Assembly (NCBI GenBank): GCA_976226885.1
Contig: OZ320316.1
Location: forward strand, 88,970,001 to 89,034,000
Length of the DNA stretch: 64,000 nt
Source: Iphione sp. A-MEVVRFRX5
Lineage: Eukaryota
Reading direction: 5' to 3'
In this document: positions 1 to 14,274 of the stretch, piece after piece
Position numbering within the stretch: position 1 is the first letter of the stretch
Layout: the number at the start of each line of letters is the position of its first letter
Program-made: the position numbers and the translations under genes
The notes under the pieces: generated by a model
Database searches by the model: none
What the model saw: the letters and a program-made list of their open reading frames with translations, nothing else
Told to the model about the DNA's origin: nothing

Positions 1-663
1 AATGACTTCTCTGCCAATGCCAGACTAACCTACTCGATTGCCAAGGGTAACGATGATGGTCTGTTCGAGATCGACCACAGAAATGGGGCAGTTCTAGTCG
101 CAGTCCCATTACTGCAGCCACAAGAGCTGCATTACAGCTTGGTGATCATGGTGACAGATGGCGGGAGCCCTCCGCAGACAGCCGTGGGTGATCTAAATAT
201 CATTGTAAACAAGACAGCGACCATGGTTGCCCATAGGAAATCGCAAGGTAAATCCTCTTCCTCAGCAACCAATAACCTCACCATCGTTATAGCTCTGTGT
301 GTGGCTACCTTTCTACTTATCATCGTGCTACTGGTCGCCATCATCCTCATAAAGAGAAACCAAAGGAGACGGGGTAAGAACGCCGATGTCTACCGCTACA
401 CCCGCCGGGTCGACCTGGCGTCAAGAGCGGCCGCCGCGAGCCCTAAACACCCGCCCCTGGGCCCGAACAACGGAGCGGGGTACAAGGACGACAGCCCTCC
501 TGACGGCATGCCCTCACCGGAGTCACCTGTCGAGAAACACCCGACTGCGTGTACTACTACTCCTGCTCGAGTGACGGGCGGTGACCCGAGGGTGGGTGCA
601 GCAAGACAGACCTTGGCCGGGCCAACAGGCACCATCATCCAGAGTCCGAATCAGAACGCCCAG
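1..663 (+). CDS. Pcdh: Protocadherin (delta-type, non-clustered): 3' end of large ectodomain exon (last cadherin repeat, TM helix, proximal cytoplasmic tail); 5' part lies outside the window
   Basis: Frame 1 from base 1 reads NDFSANARLTYSIAKGNDDGLFEID...YSLVIMVTDGGSPPQTAVGDLNIIV (cadherin-repeat motifs), then hydrophobic LTIVIALCVATFLLIIVLLVAIILI followed by basic KRNQRRR. Canonical donor CAG|GTAAGT at 663/664, phase 0. Confidence 0.92.
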
Positions 664-3589
664 GTAAGTTCTCCTGTTATGTCGCCCCCACTGATTTGCC
701 TTCCACCTGAATAAACACGGCCTCGTGGCAAACGGATAGAACCGCCGGCCAGTGTCATTCAACCAACATACGCGCCAGGGAACACATTACTCCTAATAGG
801 CCATGCGGCCTGACAGCAAAGCCGCTTTCCTCTCACACATTGATTCATCCTGGCACAAGATCAGTCCAGCTACAAGTCCACAGGGACACGCCGGGACAAG
901 CCTTGATCAAACATTATGTACACACTCGAATAGTTCTTTCGGTGCTGAATCTATTACCAAGATATTTTTCAGTCTTGAGTAGCTTGTACCTAGTGACTTC
1001 AATCTATTTGATCTCAGTACCCATATTTTACTGCGTGCTTTCTCGATGAGTAATTTTTGTAGCTTCCTGACAAGGTATTTTTAGCTTGTGTTGTAATCTT
1101 TTACTAATTTACGTTCCAGCCGAAGGAAAAAAGAACATCCTCGTCAGTGATTTTATCGTTCCTATCAACACTTTACACAAAGAAATTGACCCATAAAAAA
1201 AGAAAACTCATCACATATTCTGACCCCCATATAGTATTCAGGACTAAGACGCCTGATTTGCACCCGATAAACACCTGCAGCAAACAAATCAGATGCCAAT
1301 CACCCCTCTTGCACGCACTTGTCGACGGATAAAGCGCCCTTAAAGTTGGACGTGCGGCACGTAGCATCTGGTGGCTTAGGCTGAACGATGCTTTGGGCCA
1401 GCCGATTACCGAGCAAATGATACTACGTGATTCAATCCACCACGGTGCCGATTTAACGGCCCACTCAACCTACCCCCGCGTGACTATGAATTTAATATGA
1501 CCTCCTCGGTCCGGCTTGAAGTTCACCTTCAATTGTTGCAGATGAACGTCAATAAGCACCCCGCCCATGAGATCGCCAGAAAACACTTCTCATATAGGCC
1601 CGCCCTTTCTTAGCTCCTCTCTATACCAGGGCCGTTGCATGCCATAGGCGCCAAAGCACCACTTGGTTGCAGCTGTTCGAAACATAGATTAATAGTACGA
1701 GTCACAATCTGCATCCACCGGGAGGAAGTCGATGAAACAGTTTCGACTGAATGCTGCTCTAGGTGATAATCAGTCATTTCCTGTATTTAATCATGTATGG
1801 TTCCATTCTATCACGCTCCCCTAACCGTTTGTCTTTTTCGGCTGGCTGCACTTATGGGCGGACTTGTAATAAGGTCTGCGAGTCGTAGGGAAGGACACTG
1901 TCGTGGCGCGGCAGACATACATAAGAGTGAGTGGCCGCTGCACTTAACGCCGGCTTTTTATTAATCCCATTATGCCATGTAAGCATCAGGTAGGCCTCTC
2001 CTCTGCCACCAACAGCCCTGCCCATAACGCAGTAGACCCCGATCGATCGTGCTCTCCTCGAATTACTCAAGCATTGCAGCGTAAAGAGAGAGCCACGTTT
2101 CAGTCAAATTTATGAGTTGCATTACCATATACCTGCCGATTGGAATATCGAATGTTTATTACAGTGTTGGCCTATCAATGCTTATGACCCTTGACTAGAA
2201 ATGAACTCGATATTGCCGTCTTGGAGAACTCAGAACCCTTCACAAGCCACCAAGAGAAAAAAAGGTGCCTAATCCTTTAACGCACGCTGACCCATTTCGT
2301 CCGTGCCACTTTTCTGGCACATTGAGCAAGTTATTGCCTCAACAGGTTTGAAAGGAATTAGTGGCGGAATTTGTGTTGAAAATGTGTAATCCCCGAAATT
2401 GACTTCAACTGTAGAGAGTGTTGTAATGGGATGGAGACTCGGGCCCATCATGTCTTTAATAGCTTCCTAATTGTGATTAATTCAAGAAGCTACCCCGGAG
2501 TGCGGACCAGTGCGCCTCTTCGACCAAATATGCGGAAATTCTCTAGCTTCATTTAATGCTACAGAGCGTTCTGTCCATAAGAGATGTTTTACCACAAGCA
2601 CAGAGACGTCCTACCACACATTTCATCTTGAAATCTGGCATTCATTCGTCGGTCTATTCAGGCGAGCCATTTCCACTCGGCTGTAAATAGCTTACTGATG
2701 CGATTCGAGTGTGAAACATGTATGCGGTTTTAGTGGAGAACTTCAGCGGTGATCTAGGGGACTGCTTTATAAAATTGTCTCTGTAACACTGTGCCTGTAT
2801 ACTAGTTTATCTAATGCGGAATTCCTAGTAATGGAATGCGTACGGCAATCTACATATAAATACCTTCTCTCAATCCCCTCATATGATATAGCTCCGGGAC
2901 AATGAAGTCCGGGCTCCACCGATGATCACTTTAGTTAAGAAACAATTAAATGTGCTGTTCCGCGAATATACACAAATGGTATGGTTGATTCCCATGGCTC
3001 TCGGTATATAACCCAGGAGGTATTCTTGAAAGCCTTAACTCCTCCCGTTGAACATTCGCGGTTGTATATACTTTTGAAAGTACATGCAAATGCAATTGCG
3101 GAAATTAACCGCATCATTTACGTACATTTTCACATAGATTTTTTTATATTCATCTGCATTTGCATGGACAAAATGCGTCTTACACGTAAATGGCATCTTC
3201 ATATACCCCGAGGAGATATTTCTGGACTCAGTAGGAACACAGTTAGTATACACTCTTTCTACAAGGCGACGTTATTTCGCCTTTAACGCTTGCAGAGTAT
3301 GCGCATATACATGTATGTACATATGCACACAGGGAAACTTCGAGGACAGACATACACAAGTGTAAAGAGCTGTAGTAGTTCATAGCTTCAAAGGTCAATT
3401 TTAACGATGTCCGTCTGAATGTTACTTTGATTCAAGGGAAAACGCTGCCGATTGATGTTTCGCGCTTACCTTTAGGCACGTCCTAGTACGTAGGAATGGA
3501 CACGTTCAATTATTTTTGTATTCTAAGAGAATGATCTGAAGCACACTTTGTAGACGGTTTTACATCTTGCAGTTACAAGGGGACGCTAT

Positions 3590-3900
3590 TTATACTCTTT
3601 GCCTTGTGTGTTCGAAATACGTTCACTTGCAACGGAGGGACCTGGACGATACGATTGTTCAGATTCTTGGATTAGGATCCAAACATCCAAGCAGTGACTT
3701 AACATTTGGACTAGGAATATATTGTATGAGTCAAAATTTAACCACATTTTCTGGTGCAAGCCGGGATTTCTAGATACTGGTTTTTGGGGCCCGTGTCGTG
3801 CTTTTAGAATATAGGGTAATTGTTTCTTTGGAATAGGAGCCAAAATAGACAAACATTGTGCCACTTTCAGTTTGAATGTCGTTGTTAAGCTACCCTTGGT
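3590..3900 (-). mobile_element. Possible highly decayed LINE fragment
   Basis: Minus strand contains cactgcttggatgtttggatcct, reminiscent of the YCxxVWDP motif of CR1/L2 ORF2. Otherwise heavily broken. Confidence 0.2.
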
Positions 3901-4079
3901 ACTGAAACCCATGTATTCATATTGGAATACAATGTATAGCTATCATGAATATGCTACCATACTGACAATCGCATTATCATGAAGAAGGGCAGGCCCACAG
4001 AGTCAGCCATTGCAGGATCTATCAATTATACATGTATACATATGTGCATGTCCATAGTACACTAAATGAGAGTAAACAT

Positions 4080-5075
4080 GGTGAAGGGTTGTTTGTGGAT
4101 TTTAAAAAAGCTTTTGACTCTGTGGACCATGAGGCCTCATTCATAAATTGATGTCTTCTAGGATGCAAGGGAATAATCTAGCCTGGGTGAAGGGATCTTG
4201 ACGGGAAGGAGTTCGTTCATTGTTTGCAATGGCCTAGAATCAAGAACACAAGATATAACTTGTGCGTCCCCGCGTCCCTGGAACCAATGCATTTCCTGAC
4301 TTTCATCAATGATCGCCCTGCAGCCTTGGTAATACATGTAGATATTACATGTATGCGGACGATGTAGCAGTCATCATGGATGGGGACACAATCAAGGAAC
4401 TCAAAACGGGAATATTTCAAGTGGGAGACTGTCCTCGGCACTTGTCTCTGAATTAAAAATATTGATGAACATTGACAAGACAAAATGCCTCTTGTTTAGA
4501 TATGGTGTTAAGGGATGGACCCCTGGAACCATGGTACCTGTGGGATCAAGTAAAGCTGAAGTTGTGATGGAAATCATTTACCGAGGGGTGACCTTAGATG
4601 AAAAATCAACAATGGTTACCTACATACTATACGAAAAGCTATGGTGGGGTCACGATGCTTTAGGAAGATAGGGAAATATGAAGATGTTAGGAATGTACCG
4701 TATCTTCAAAGAAGTATGATTCTTCCTGTGACTGAATACTCAATCATTATAAATACCAACATTCAGGCAGGGTCATTCATGTTATGCAGAAGTATATTGA
4801 ATGTAGCATTTGGTTATTCAAAGCTCACACGGACAGAGGTAACTGATAATTTTACTACTAAAAGAGACAGAAGATTGCTTAGATCAGGACATTGTATGGC
4901 ATCAGTGGTGGATAGAGAGCAAGTAATTCGAACTGTGGATAGGAGGAGTATAACTGTACCTAGGCCCAGGAAGGAGATCTGTAAAAGGTCCATTGTGTAT
5001 GTCACTTGTAAGCTGTGGGCAGAACTGCCAGCTAGAATTGATAACTATGAATATGTCTCCTTTTGTTTATAAGTT
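4080..5075 (+). mobile_element. Decayed non-LTR retrotransposon (CR1/L2-like LINE), RT domain and ORF2 C-terminus
   Basis: LFVDFKKAFDSVDH at 4089-4130, PMHFLTFIND, YADDV at 4352-4366, NIDKTKCLLF, GVTLDEK, SMILPVTEY and PRPRKEICKRSIVY...LWAELP appear in the correct order, with frameshifts and stops. Confidence 0.88.
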
Positions 5076-8000
5076 GATAAGTTAGGAATGAAATATTAAT
5101 TGCCATATAAGGTACCACAATTGAGCGTGTGGGGCACAGCCACCAATCTACATTGGTATAATACCGTGTGTTCTAAGGCCATCGGGCCATGTGTATACCG
5201 GGTTATGTTATGCATATAGTTGTTGATGGATATATGGACATGAAATGATAAATGACTGGCAACTGGCATATGGGGCACAGCCACTGTACAGAGATTGCAT
5301 ATAGGTGAGCACATGGCAGCACAGCTGCTGTGCTGCTGCATTGAAACATAATTTTCTGACATCACTTGTGAAAAGAAATTTTTTTCTTGTCAATTTAATA
5401 TTTATTTTATTTGAATCTCACACAGATACATCACATACATTCATATCATGTTTTCATCAAGAAAGGAGATAAGCAGCTGGATGTATATACAGAAATATAT
5501 AATGATTCCCATGTAAATAAATATTTTAAAAACCTGATTACGAAAGAATAATACACTAAGAAAAGACTACATTCGAAATTGACCATAAACTTTTTTATTG
5601 CACAAATCTAATGTTTCTAGGAATAATGATAATGATGATTTGGTTATGACCCAAAGTTTGACTTGATTTGATGTCCTTTACCCACATTAGGGTTATTATT
5701 AAAGCCAAAGGATTTGTTTCACCAAGAATGCGCCTACATAGGAGTAGTCATGCTAAGGGGATGAAACACCTGAGTTTTATCTTCTTACAAAGTGATAGTA
5801 CATGTACAATGATTCCACAATATTATCGGTTATGTATAAATCAAATAGCTTTCAGGAATAAATTATCCTTCTTCTCCTAGGCGACAGAGGTGCAACGTAC
5901 AACCTGTATGCTTTTTATGCGTGGGCAAGGCTCCACGAACTACCCTACAGATAAGCTCCAGGGGCTCAATGGTACAACAAGAAAATTAGGCTTAGAAACA
6001 GCATACATCTCATTTGATTGTTTGAGGATTCATATCAATCATGATTCATGATTCATTTTCTATGGTTCATTGTTTTACATTTAAAGGCACGTTACACAAA
6101 GAACGTGTACTTCACACTTACAAACTTCCCAGATATTTAAAATAAAGCCACAAATCCCTTTGTGCAGCCTCGACAAGAAACATATATCATTTGTTGTCGA
6201 GATCCGTTCCGCCGTCAGGCATTGTGACTAATAGGATCTGATGAAAGAATACTATATTTATCCTTCAATTATGCCAACAGGCGAGTCAGTAACGCCGAAT
6301 GTCATTCCCCTATGAGAAGACACTCTATAGCTTCACAGTGCTATACTCTTTCCGATTAGCTTGCCTAGAACCTCTTATGTTAAGTCATAAACACCCATTA
6401 TGTCCCTGTATTGCGTCTCGTTAGAGCTATAATGGAAGAGTATATGGCAATATTTGTTGAATGCATATCTGAAATAATCCAGCTGTGTGTATTAGGGAGG
6501 TAAAACTAAAGCCCTTATTTACCTATCCACAATCAGGTGCACGATGTATTTGAATTTTTACTTGTAACACGGGATGGACTTTTCCCCATAGCAAATTCAT
6601 TGAGGCAGCAACAATATCTGAATGTGTATGTTTGTGTATTTGGGGGGTGGAGAAGAGGGCAGGAGAACCTGGTCGGTGCTCAGTGTCACGGTACGAACGT
6701 GTAATGTCCTCATCGTTGTTGGCATCCATTTTCACGCGTAGCCAGCTATCAGATGGAACCCGCGTCTGAGGTTACCCGAGAGCATAATGGGCCAGAAGGC
6801 TGCCGACAATAACCAAACCGTAATCGGCAGCATATGTTTGGGACCGAAGTCTCAGAAAATCGAGTACGGGTCGCAGTCCAGGGGAGCGATATCCGATGCG
6901 AGTGAGGTCAGCAGTCCGCCCAAGGGCGCACTAAGCATGAGCCTTACAATAGCATTGGAGCGCACCGAATGTGATGAAGATTGACGTTAGAATGGAGCAG
7001 TGCTTTACCCCAGGCCACTTAAATGTGTTGATTTATGAGACGTTGAGAGGCATTACAGGAAGCATCATTAATGTGCAGATAAGGGCCGGCGCCGGCTTAG
7101 TTTGGCGCGACCGGGCGAGGTGGTTGCGCCCGGCGACGAGGAGGCAGTAGGAATGTACATATGCCTTGTAATAGCGGACGCCGCGCACCGTCCGCGCGCC
7201 ACCGGCTGATGGGAAACAGTGGTAGCCAACTAACAATGGATCGCTCGGCGGGACCTTTTACCCGCACGAGAATCGCCGACAGGAAAACGTAATTGTGAAA
7301 ACCACTCGATTCAGCCGGCGAGAGATCGCGTGCTGTTGGCGTCAACCTAACAACGGCCGGCCGGGCGTCGATTGGCGGGGGCGATAGGAGCGTAATGGGC
7401 ACACTCGGACTCCTGCAGACACCAATTATCGTGCCCAACCCCTGGTTTAGAAAAATTGCCGAAATTATATCATTTTGTTCTTTGAAGTGCCCTAATAGTC
7501 GTTATCCGGGACGTTTTTTTATTGGGTGTAATTAACGATGGGTGGTAATATCACGAGAAGCAATTTATAGGACAGCAAATAGCAAAACGGTACAAAATGC
7601 AATACATTTAATTACATTACGTGCTAGTTGAAAACGTCTATCAAGATACAGTTACCACCCGTTTTATAGAAACCGAGTGAGGCATATTGCCGAGCAATAC
7701 GTTGGTCATAGCTTTCATAGTTTTGGTTTCCTAGCTCTTACTAGCTCCAATCTATCAAACCGCTGACCTTTCTATTCCACTGTGTATGGGTTTCTATAGC
7801 CATATTCTCTCTAATGACTCCCATTTAGAATGATAAGTGCATATTGAAAATATAACACTGTGGAAAGTACTGCTACTTGCTTTAATTTACACGAGACACG
7901 TTCAAACAAATAACAATTCCCCTTTAAGGCTTTGGGCACATGCTGTCATTTCGACTGTCATTCAATGAATAGAACACGAAATCCCACTTTACTAATGATG

Positions 8001-10149
8001 AACCCTTATCAGATAGGTGAATTCTTGCGTTAACGGCGGCTCATTGCTGCAAATGGAAATTTTGTCACTGTCGAGCGGGAACCATGTGTGGTCTCAACTG
8101 CCCGAGCCTCTAAGGCATCTATCACCGTACCGAAAATGGCGATGAACCTGCACGTTTGTTCTCAATGGACGAGAAGCCCCTCCTCCGCGGGGGCTTGCAT
8201 TACTTGATGCACGCTGCGAGGGAACTGTCAAGACTGCTTTCTTCGCAGAGTGCGCCCGCATCGTCGCCATTTTCCTTACGGCTGAGCCGCCGTTTCTGTT
8301 CAGTGTCATCCTTTTTGGTTCTGCCTAATGAAGCTGTTGGGGGCGTACTTCTTTCCGGGGCGACCAAGCGAAAGTATAGGTTGTCTGACATAGCGGACGT
8401 GACAGTGCACCTAGAGGGCAACTTCTGTTGCCCCGGGGGAAGGGCAATCACTTAGGGTTCGCTCCATAGAATACGCATAATACCTGACCACGGTCGTCTC
8501 CAACACGATCAGACAGCTCTCTATCTCCCCGAAGCCGAGGTGTAGCTCCTGACATGCTACGAACAGCCTCTTATGAAGTCGCTGATCTGGCTCGTTGGCA
8601 AACCTCCCCTTACAGCTGCTAAAGCTATTGGTGGCCACTTAAGTTCCGTTTAACGAACAATGCTGAGGCTTTTGTACCTCCAAAGATGGACCCATTTCCA
8701 GTATAGGTGAACATTCCGTGGCTATACTGTAGATATGACTTTCTTTGAATGCTGATCCTATCCGTAGATTATCTAGGTAAATGAAGCATCTACTTTGCCG
8801 TTGCCACTACCTACGATATGCTATGATTGACGGACAAATCCCCTCTAAGCAACTGATCGCATCTTAATAACAGTGTAGGGTCACACCGTAGTAAGACCCT
8901 TAGGGGGTTTCTGCGCAGAAGCCCCCATCATAAATTCCATAGTCCCACTACATTGATGCAAACGATAATATCCGGACGACTTTAGGGTCTCAGAAGGCAA
9001 AGTTGTGTGTTTCATCAACGTATTCCGCCGTATCAGCATGAAGACATCTATGTAGTACTGCTGTAAGCAAATGCGATTAGATACTCACAACCCAAGATGA
9101 AAGCAATTCCCGTCTAAAATGAAGACGAACCTATGTCCATGCTTCTCTGCGAATCATAATTGTTTACAGTCCACTCTCAGTAACCGATAACATCTTGCTG
9201 TAGCTGATATTGTACTTAATATTCCCTGAATTGTCGATTATCAGTGTATTTGTTTTATGAAATGAACGAAAAGGTTGCATTTAACTTTGTTTTGTTTTCA
9301 TTAATTAGGTCATCGGTTATTGAAGGTTTACCTGAACTACTCAGCTAAGCGTGTATGTTCACGATGAACCCTAACCCGTATTGTATTGGAATTACTTTCC
9401 ACGTAAAGAGTAAGCGTTCAGGAAATCGAGAGGATTGCATATATAAAATACCGATTACGTTGTTCCCTTTCGTCTGGCATGCGCATTGTAATGACACCTG
9501 TGCAGACTGTGTTTATCTATGAGCAACACATTTGCCCGCTTTCCTGGCTCAATGTTGTGTTGGCGGGTGGTCACCAGTGACGGTTAGTGGACACCAGTGA
9601 CCAGTACTACATTGTACTAGCCCTCTGTGATCAATAGAGATCAGACGGTAGGCGGTTAACGCCGGCCAGGCGGCCCACAGCGTGAGGTGGATGTAGAGAC
9701 GCTTGCCTTCCTGGCTAGGTTCACTGGACATACGCTGATTTCAATAGCGCGTGTCTGTCATCAAAATAGGCAAAGGCTGTCTTTTATGTGTACCTGTTCC
9801 CAATCCATAATAATGACTTCAATGGAGCGGCTTTGTCTTCGACGACGCACCTTTGAAGTCAGGTCTTATTGAATCAACGGTATCCCACCGGTTAGTATTC
9901 AGATAATCACACTGCTACTGCAACCCATCAAGACCAGACGCATCTCCGAGGCGCTTCAAAGGAGGACCGTGGAAGGGTGACGTCAAAAGGGTCCTCTCTT
10001 ATTGGTGGATCCATTTCTGTATAAAGATTGTACTTGCGAGGTAATTGGCAGGGCACTCGTGGAATCTATTTCATTGACAGTCCAATAAAGCCCGATTGAA
10101 TTCTAGAACCCCTTCTCCGCAATCCTTGCAGGATGGAAACGGAAAAATG

Positions 10150-12000
10150 CAGCATTACTTTAGACGATTCGTTGTCCGTGTTTTGCCCTTGGAACAGTGT
10201 CCTTCCAAGAGGATGCTTGAAATCTAAAGATCAGAGAAAGAGAGCGCCATTGCCACTTATCTATATGCAATATCAGTGTAAATATCCCAGCGTCGGTATC
10301 AGTGACCTGTAAGTGCTCCAGCATTCCGGAATCTTGTCTCGGTATTATAGAAGGAACACAGGCTTCCATGATGGAATTCACCAACCTTCTACGCTACATA
10401 TTCCGGGTGCTATCACAGCAGACTATCACCACAGACCCGTTGTGATTGTTTTCCTGAACAAGCAATCTAGTTATTGTCGTCTCTGGGAGATCTTGTTTCA
10501 ATGAGGATGATTAAAATACGTTGCAAACAAGCTGCCTCAAGAGCCTGCTAACAAAAACACGAGGACCCGTGTAGATTGAAAGACCGTCCATTTATATACA
10601 GCTTGATTTAATGATGTCCCAGCGTCACCTGCACCAGAGCCAATTAGCAGGCGCTCCTTGAGCAGAACGAGGTTGGGGGTCCATCTTTTGACTTTCGTTA
10701 TCGTGCCATTGTTCAACCTTCCCCGGGGAATGACAGCCTGTGCCATACTAAGGCTTGGGAAGCACCAGTACATGCATAAATGGCGCTTTAACAAAGGGTC
10801 TCTGGAATCGCTGACGGTGGCAAATCTGTGTAAATGATTCTTGCCTTGTGGCGTTACTCGCTTGCAATCGTGGGAAATCATAGGCAAGTGGTGAGGGTAG
10901 CGGAACGAAAATGTTAGCATGTGGCAAAGGGATGGTCCAGGGTACATAGCTACACAATGAATGAAGTGGTGACAGGGACTGGCTATCGACTTTGAAAATA
11001 TGAGCGAACCCAGTTATTGTGCCACTAATATAGACATTGGCCTCATGCACCTGACAAATTGCATTGATTGGAGCTACCTCCCTTACATGAGTAACCTCAT
11101 GAAAGTGATTTATGTTAAGAGCGTGTTAGTACTTGCCCGTATTCCTCATATCATGACTATGCAGGAAACGTTGTGATTGCCCAATTTAAGACTTGGCCAG
11201 GTTATTGCGTAACTGTGCCGCTAGGTGGTACATAATGTGGAAGAGTCAGATATTGTTCATTGGATGTTGGTAACCTAGGTAACGGTAGCGCGGAAGAGAA
11301 CGGAGAGTAGGGGGTGGTGGAGCCAGCTGGAGGTCGAACAATATGACGACGGTGAGGTGATTAGGGTGAACAACGAAGGCTAAGGTGCCCATTAGGCAAT
11401 AGCCATGTTGTGAGTGAGTAGGAATGGAGGTGAGGTGAATAGACCGCAAGGCCCCGCAGCCCGGGTAACACTGCGTATTACAGTGGTGGGTATGAATAAG
11501 GGCAGTCAGCGGAACTAGCCCTCAACCTTTCGCCCTGGCAAGGGACAACCAATCGGAAGATTGGAACGTGAATAGTTTAAAGGGGTGTGATGCCCTTCCA
11601 GAATGCAGTGTCTGTATGGATGTATTGCACAACTGTATACACGCAGATACTTTTAAAGTTAGGATGGACCGAAAAGGATGCAAGATAGGGAAACTCGTGT
11701 CCACATTTATTTAGAGCATGCCTATGTACCGGGCTTCTCCTCAAGGAAATGGGAGTAGAATCGTGGGTGGGTAAAGCATCGCTGTCGGATTGTGTTGGCT
11801 AGGCACCTTCTACAAAATACCCTCCTAGGCCATACTTAAAGGTCATATGGAGAGAAGAGTTGTGCTCTGGTCAGACAGGTGTTGGGCCGCCTTCTCTGCT
11901 GACGCAGCCATCCATCTTGCGCTAAATGCCAGTGTTAACATTAATGAAGTGGCCATGCGCGCACTGCGATCAGGGCGGCTTCCTCCGTGACGCCGCCCTC
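10150..12000 (-). mobile_element. Decayed tyrosine-recombinase (DIRS/Ngaro-like) retrotransposon relic
   Basis: Minus-strand order RNaseH then YR: VPSQHNPTAML (cf. IPSxxNxxADxLSR) near 11750-11800, TITGFAHIFK (cf. AFxGFLRxSE) near 11010-11030, and DAGIFTLILHIDKWQWRS (cf. AGxxxxxIxxxGRWxS) near 10245-10300. All are degenerate. Confidence 0.45.
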
Positions 12001-14226
12001 CCGCTCGCTCTAATCACGGAGTATCACCTTGCACACTCGCCGCGTGTGCATGTTGGTTTAGAGGGCTAGCGGCAATGGTCGAAGGCACGGAAGCGTGCAG
12101 ATAGGTTTGATAGATGCGAGCAAGTGGACTTGGCAAACGTTAAGGGGCGCGTGATAGGTTTGAACCCGACCCATATTCTACACGCTGGAGGAAAAGCCAG
12201 ACACACCAACACTGGGAGAAAAAGCGTGTAAGGGAAAGAGGATGTCGAAATTATCTACTTGTAGCTAGTCATAATCAGGGAAATACGTTAACATGGCATC
12301 TAAGGGCTTCTATTTGATCACTGGAAACATTTAAATACGACACATGGTTTGAGTGATTCGCCAGGGCATCAACCTCTTTCTCTGGATGTACCTCTCAATG
12401 ATGTCAGTTGCTATCATATTGACATTAAATCTATCTGTAATATTCTGTGCGCGTTCCAAATGTAAGATTGCATTCTTAAGAGACAACACCCTGTCGTGAT
12501 GTTTTCAAAAAACGCTTGATTCAGATTTTAATAGTTCGAGGTTAAGAAGAAATGGCATCTGTCATCGCCTTCAATATGTGAACAGGCAGATATCTGTGGA
12601 CTTCCCCTATAGTAACAGATGTACAAATGTGTATGTATGTTGATGTACTCTTTTATATATTTACAACTGACCAGACTTAAAGCTAAAGGTTAAGGCATGT
12701 GTGTCCTTCATGGAACAAATTGTCTTAGAGAGTAACTCCGTCATAAAAAATTCACTTTCCTGTTCACCGCACTTCCTTTGTGACGATTTTACCTCCAGGA
12801 TATAGAATTTAATCACATGCTTCGCAATTAACGGTAACCATACTTCACAGGATGTAAAATTTGATGTTTTAAATGTTGTTGCGTTCTTATTGTTTGGCGA
12901 ACAATAGCGTATCCAAAAAAAACTGACAGGTGAAATAGGATGTGTGTGGGTTTTCCACCATGGGAGATATTACTGACAGGCAGGAAGCTTTCTGAAAGCT
13001 TTATGGATTCTTGTTACGTGTGAATGTTTCATTATGTCACCGAGCAGCTCACCAATGAGATTTATTGAATAACAAATGTAAGCGTTTAACTGATAGTTAG
13101 TTGTTGGTCAGCGCAGGTATAAGGCAAACAATCCTCCATTCTGCTGCCAGGTCAGACTGTGTAAATATGTACGCAGCCTCTAACCAAACTTTCCTCAGTG
13201 ATCAAGGATGATGGTGCAAAAGCGAAACGTCGAAGATAAGGAGCGCAATATGCTGAGAGCCGCGCCAAGCACTGTGACCTTCTCAATCACTCTCTGCTTC
13301 CCAGGCTTACCAAAGTCGGTCACTGCTTATTGCTTCAAGTCTGTGCGACAGCTGAAATAGTCTCAAATCAAGAGCTGAAAAAAGAAAAAAGACTGAATAA
13401 TTAACTTTTCAGTGTAAATCAACAGAATCATTTTTTAAATATTTGGTGTTAGGAATTCATTAAAAAAAACGCACGCGATGTCCTTGCAATTGTCTCTTCG
13501 TCGAATCATCAAAGATGAAACGTATTTGTATATGCGAGACTTGGCCAAGTGAAATGTGAAGCGAGGAGCCCTTTCGTCAGATAAACATCTGCCAAAATGA
13601 AAATTTGATAGCCATTCTAATACTTCTCTTGACATATAGATATTTTTAAATTTCGTATTGATGTATGTTTGTTCTTTTGTATTGGCGTTCAAAATTGAAA
13701 AAAAACTAATGACAGATTTTGGGATTTATGAATAATGTACACTGTAAATAGGTACCGGTGAAGACAAGGCAAATTGATGCAAGATTGATAATGCGGAAAG
13801 AAATCCCTGTTCTATTATTCACGTAAAGTCGTCATAAAGTAGTAATTTGTGAAAATCATTCTATCAGGACGACTTGACAGAAATAAAATATTCAAACATG
13901 AAATTAAACATCTTAAATATCGCCAGCTTAGCGCACGATAACTTCTTTCATAGTCACGAACCTACCATAGTCAGTCGTATCACGAAATCCTTATTGCAGG
14001 GAACTATAGTACATGAAATGCAGGCTTTCCTAAAGGAACTACAAGTACAATCCTACACTTGTTTCAACAACTGTACATTCAGCAATTCTCTCCAACTGAT
14101 GGACTTACCGGAGAACCCTATGCTTTTTATTATGCAAACGATACATCGGTTTCTGACAACAACGACCCAACGTTTTGTGCATTCTCTTATATCCTGTACA
14201 TATATATTACCAAACTGATATTGTCA

Positions 14227-14232
<6 letters not shown>

Positions 14233-14270
<38 letters not shown>
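14233..14270. repeat. (TC)19 microsatellite
   Basis: Direct reading. Confidence 0.97.
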
Positions 14271-14274
<4 letters not shown>

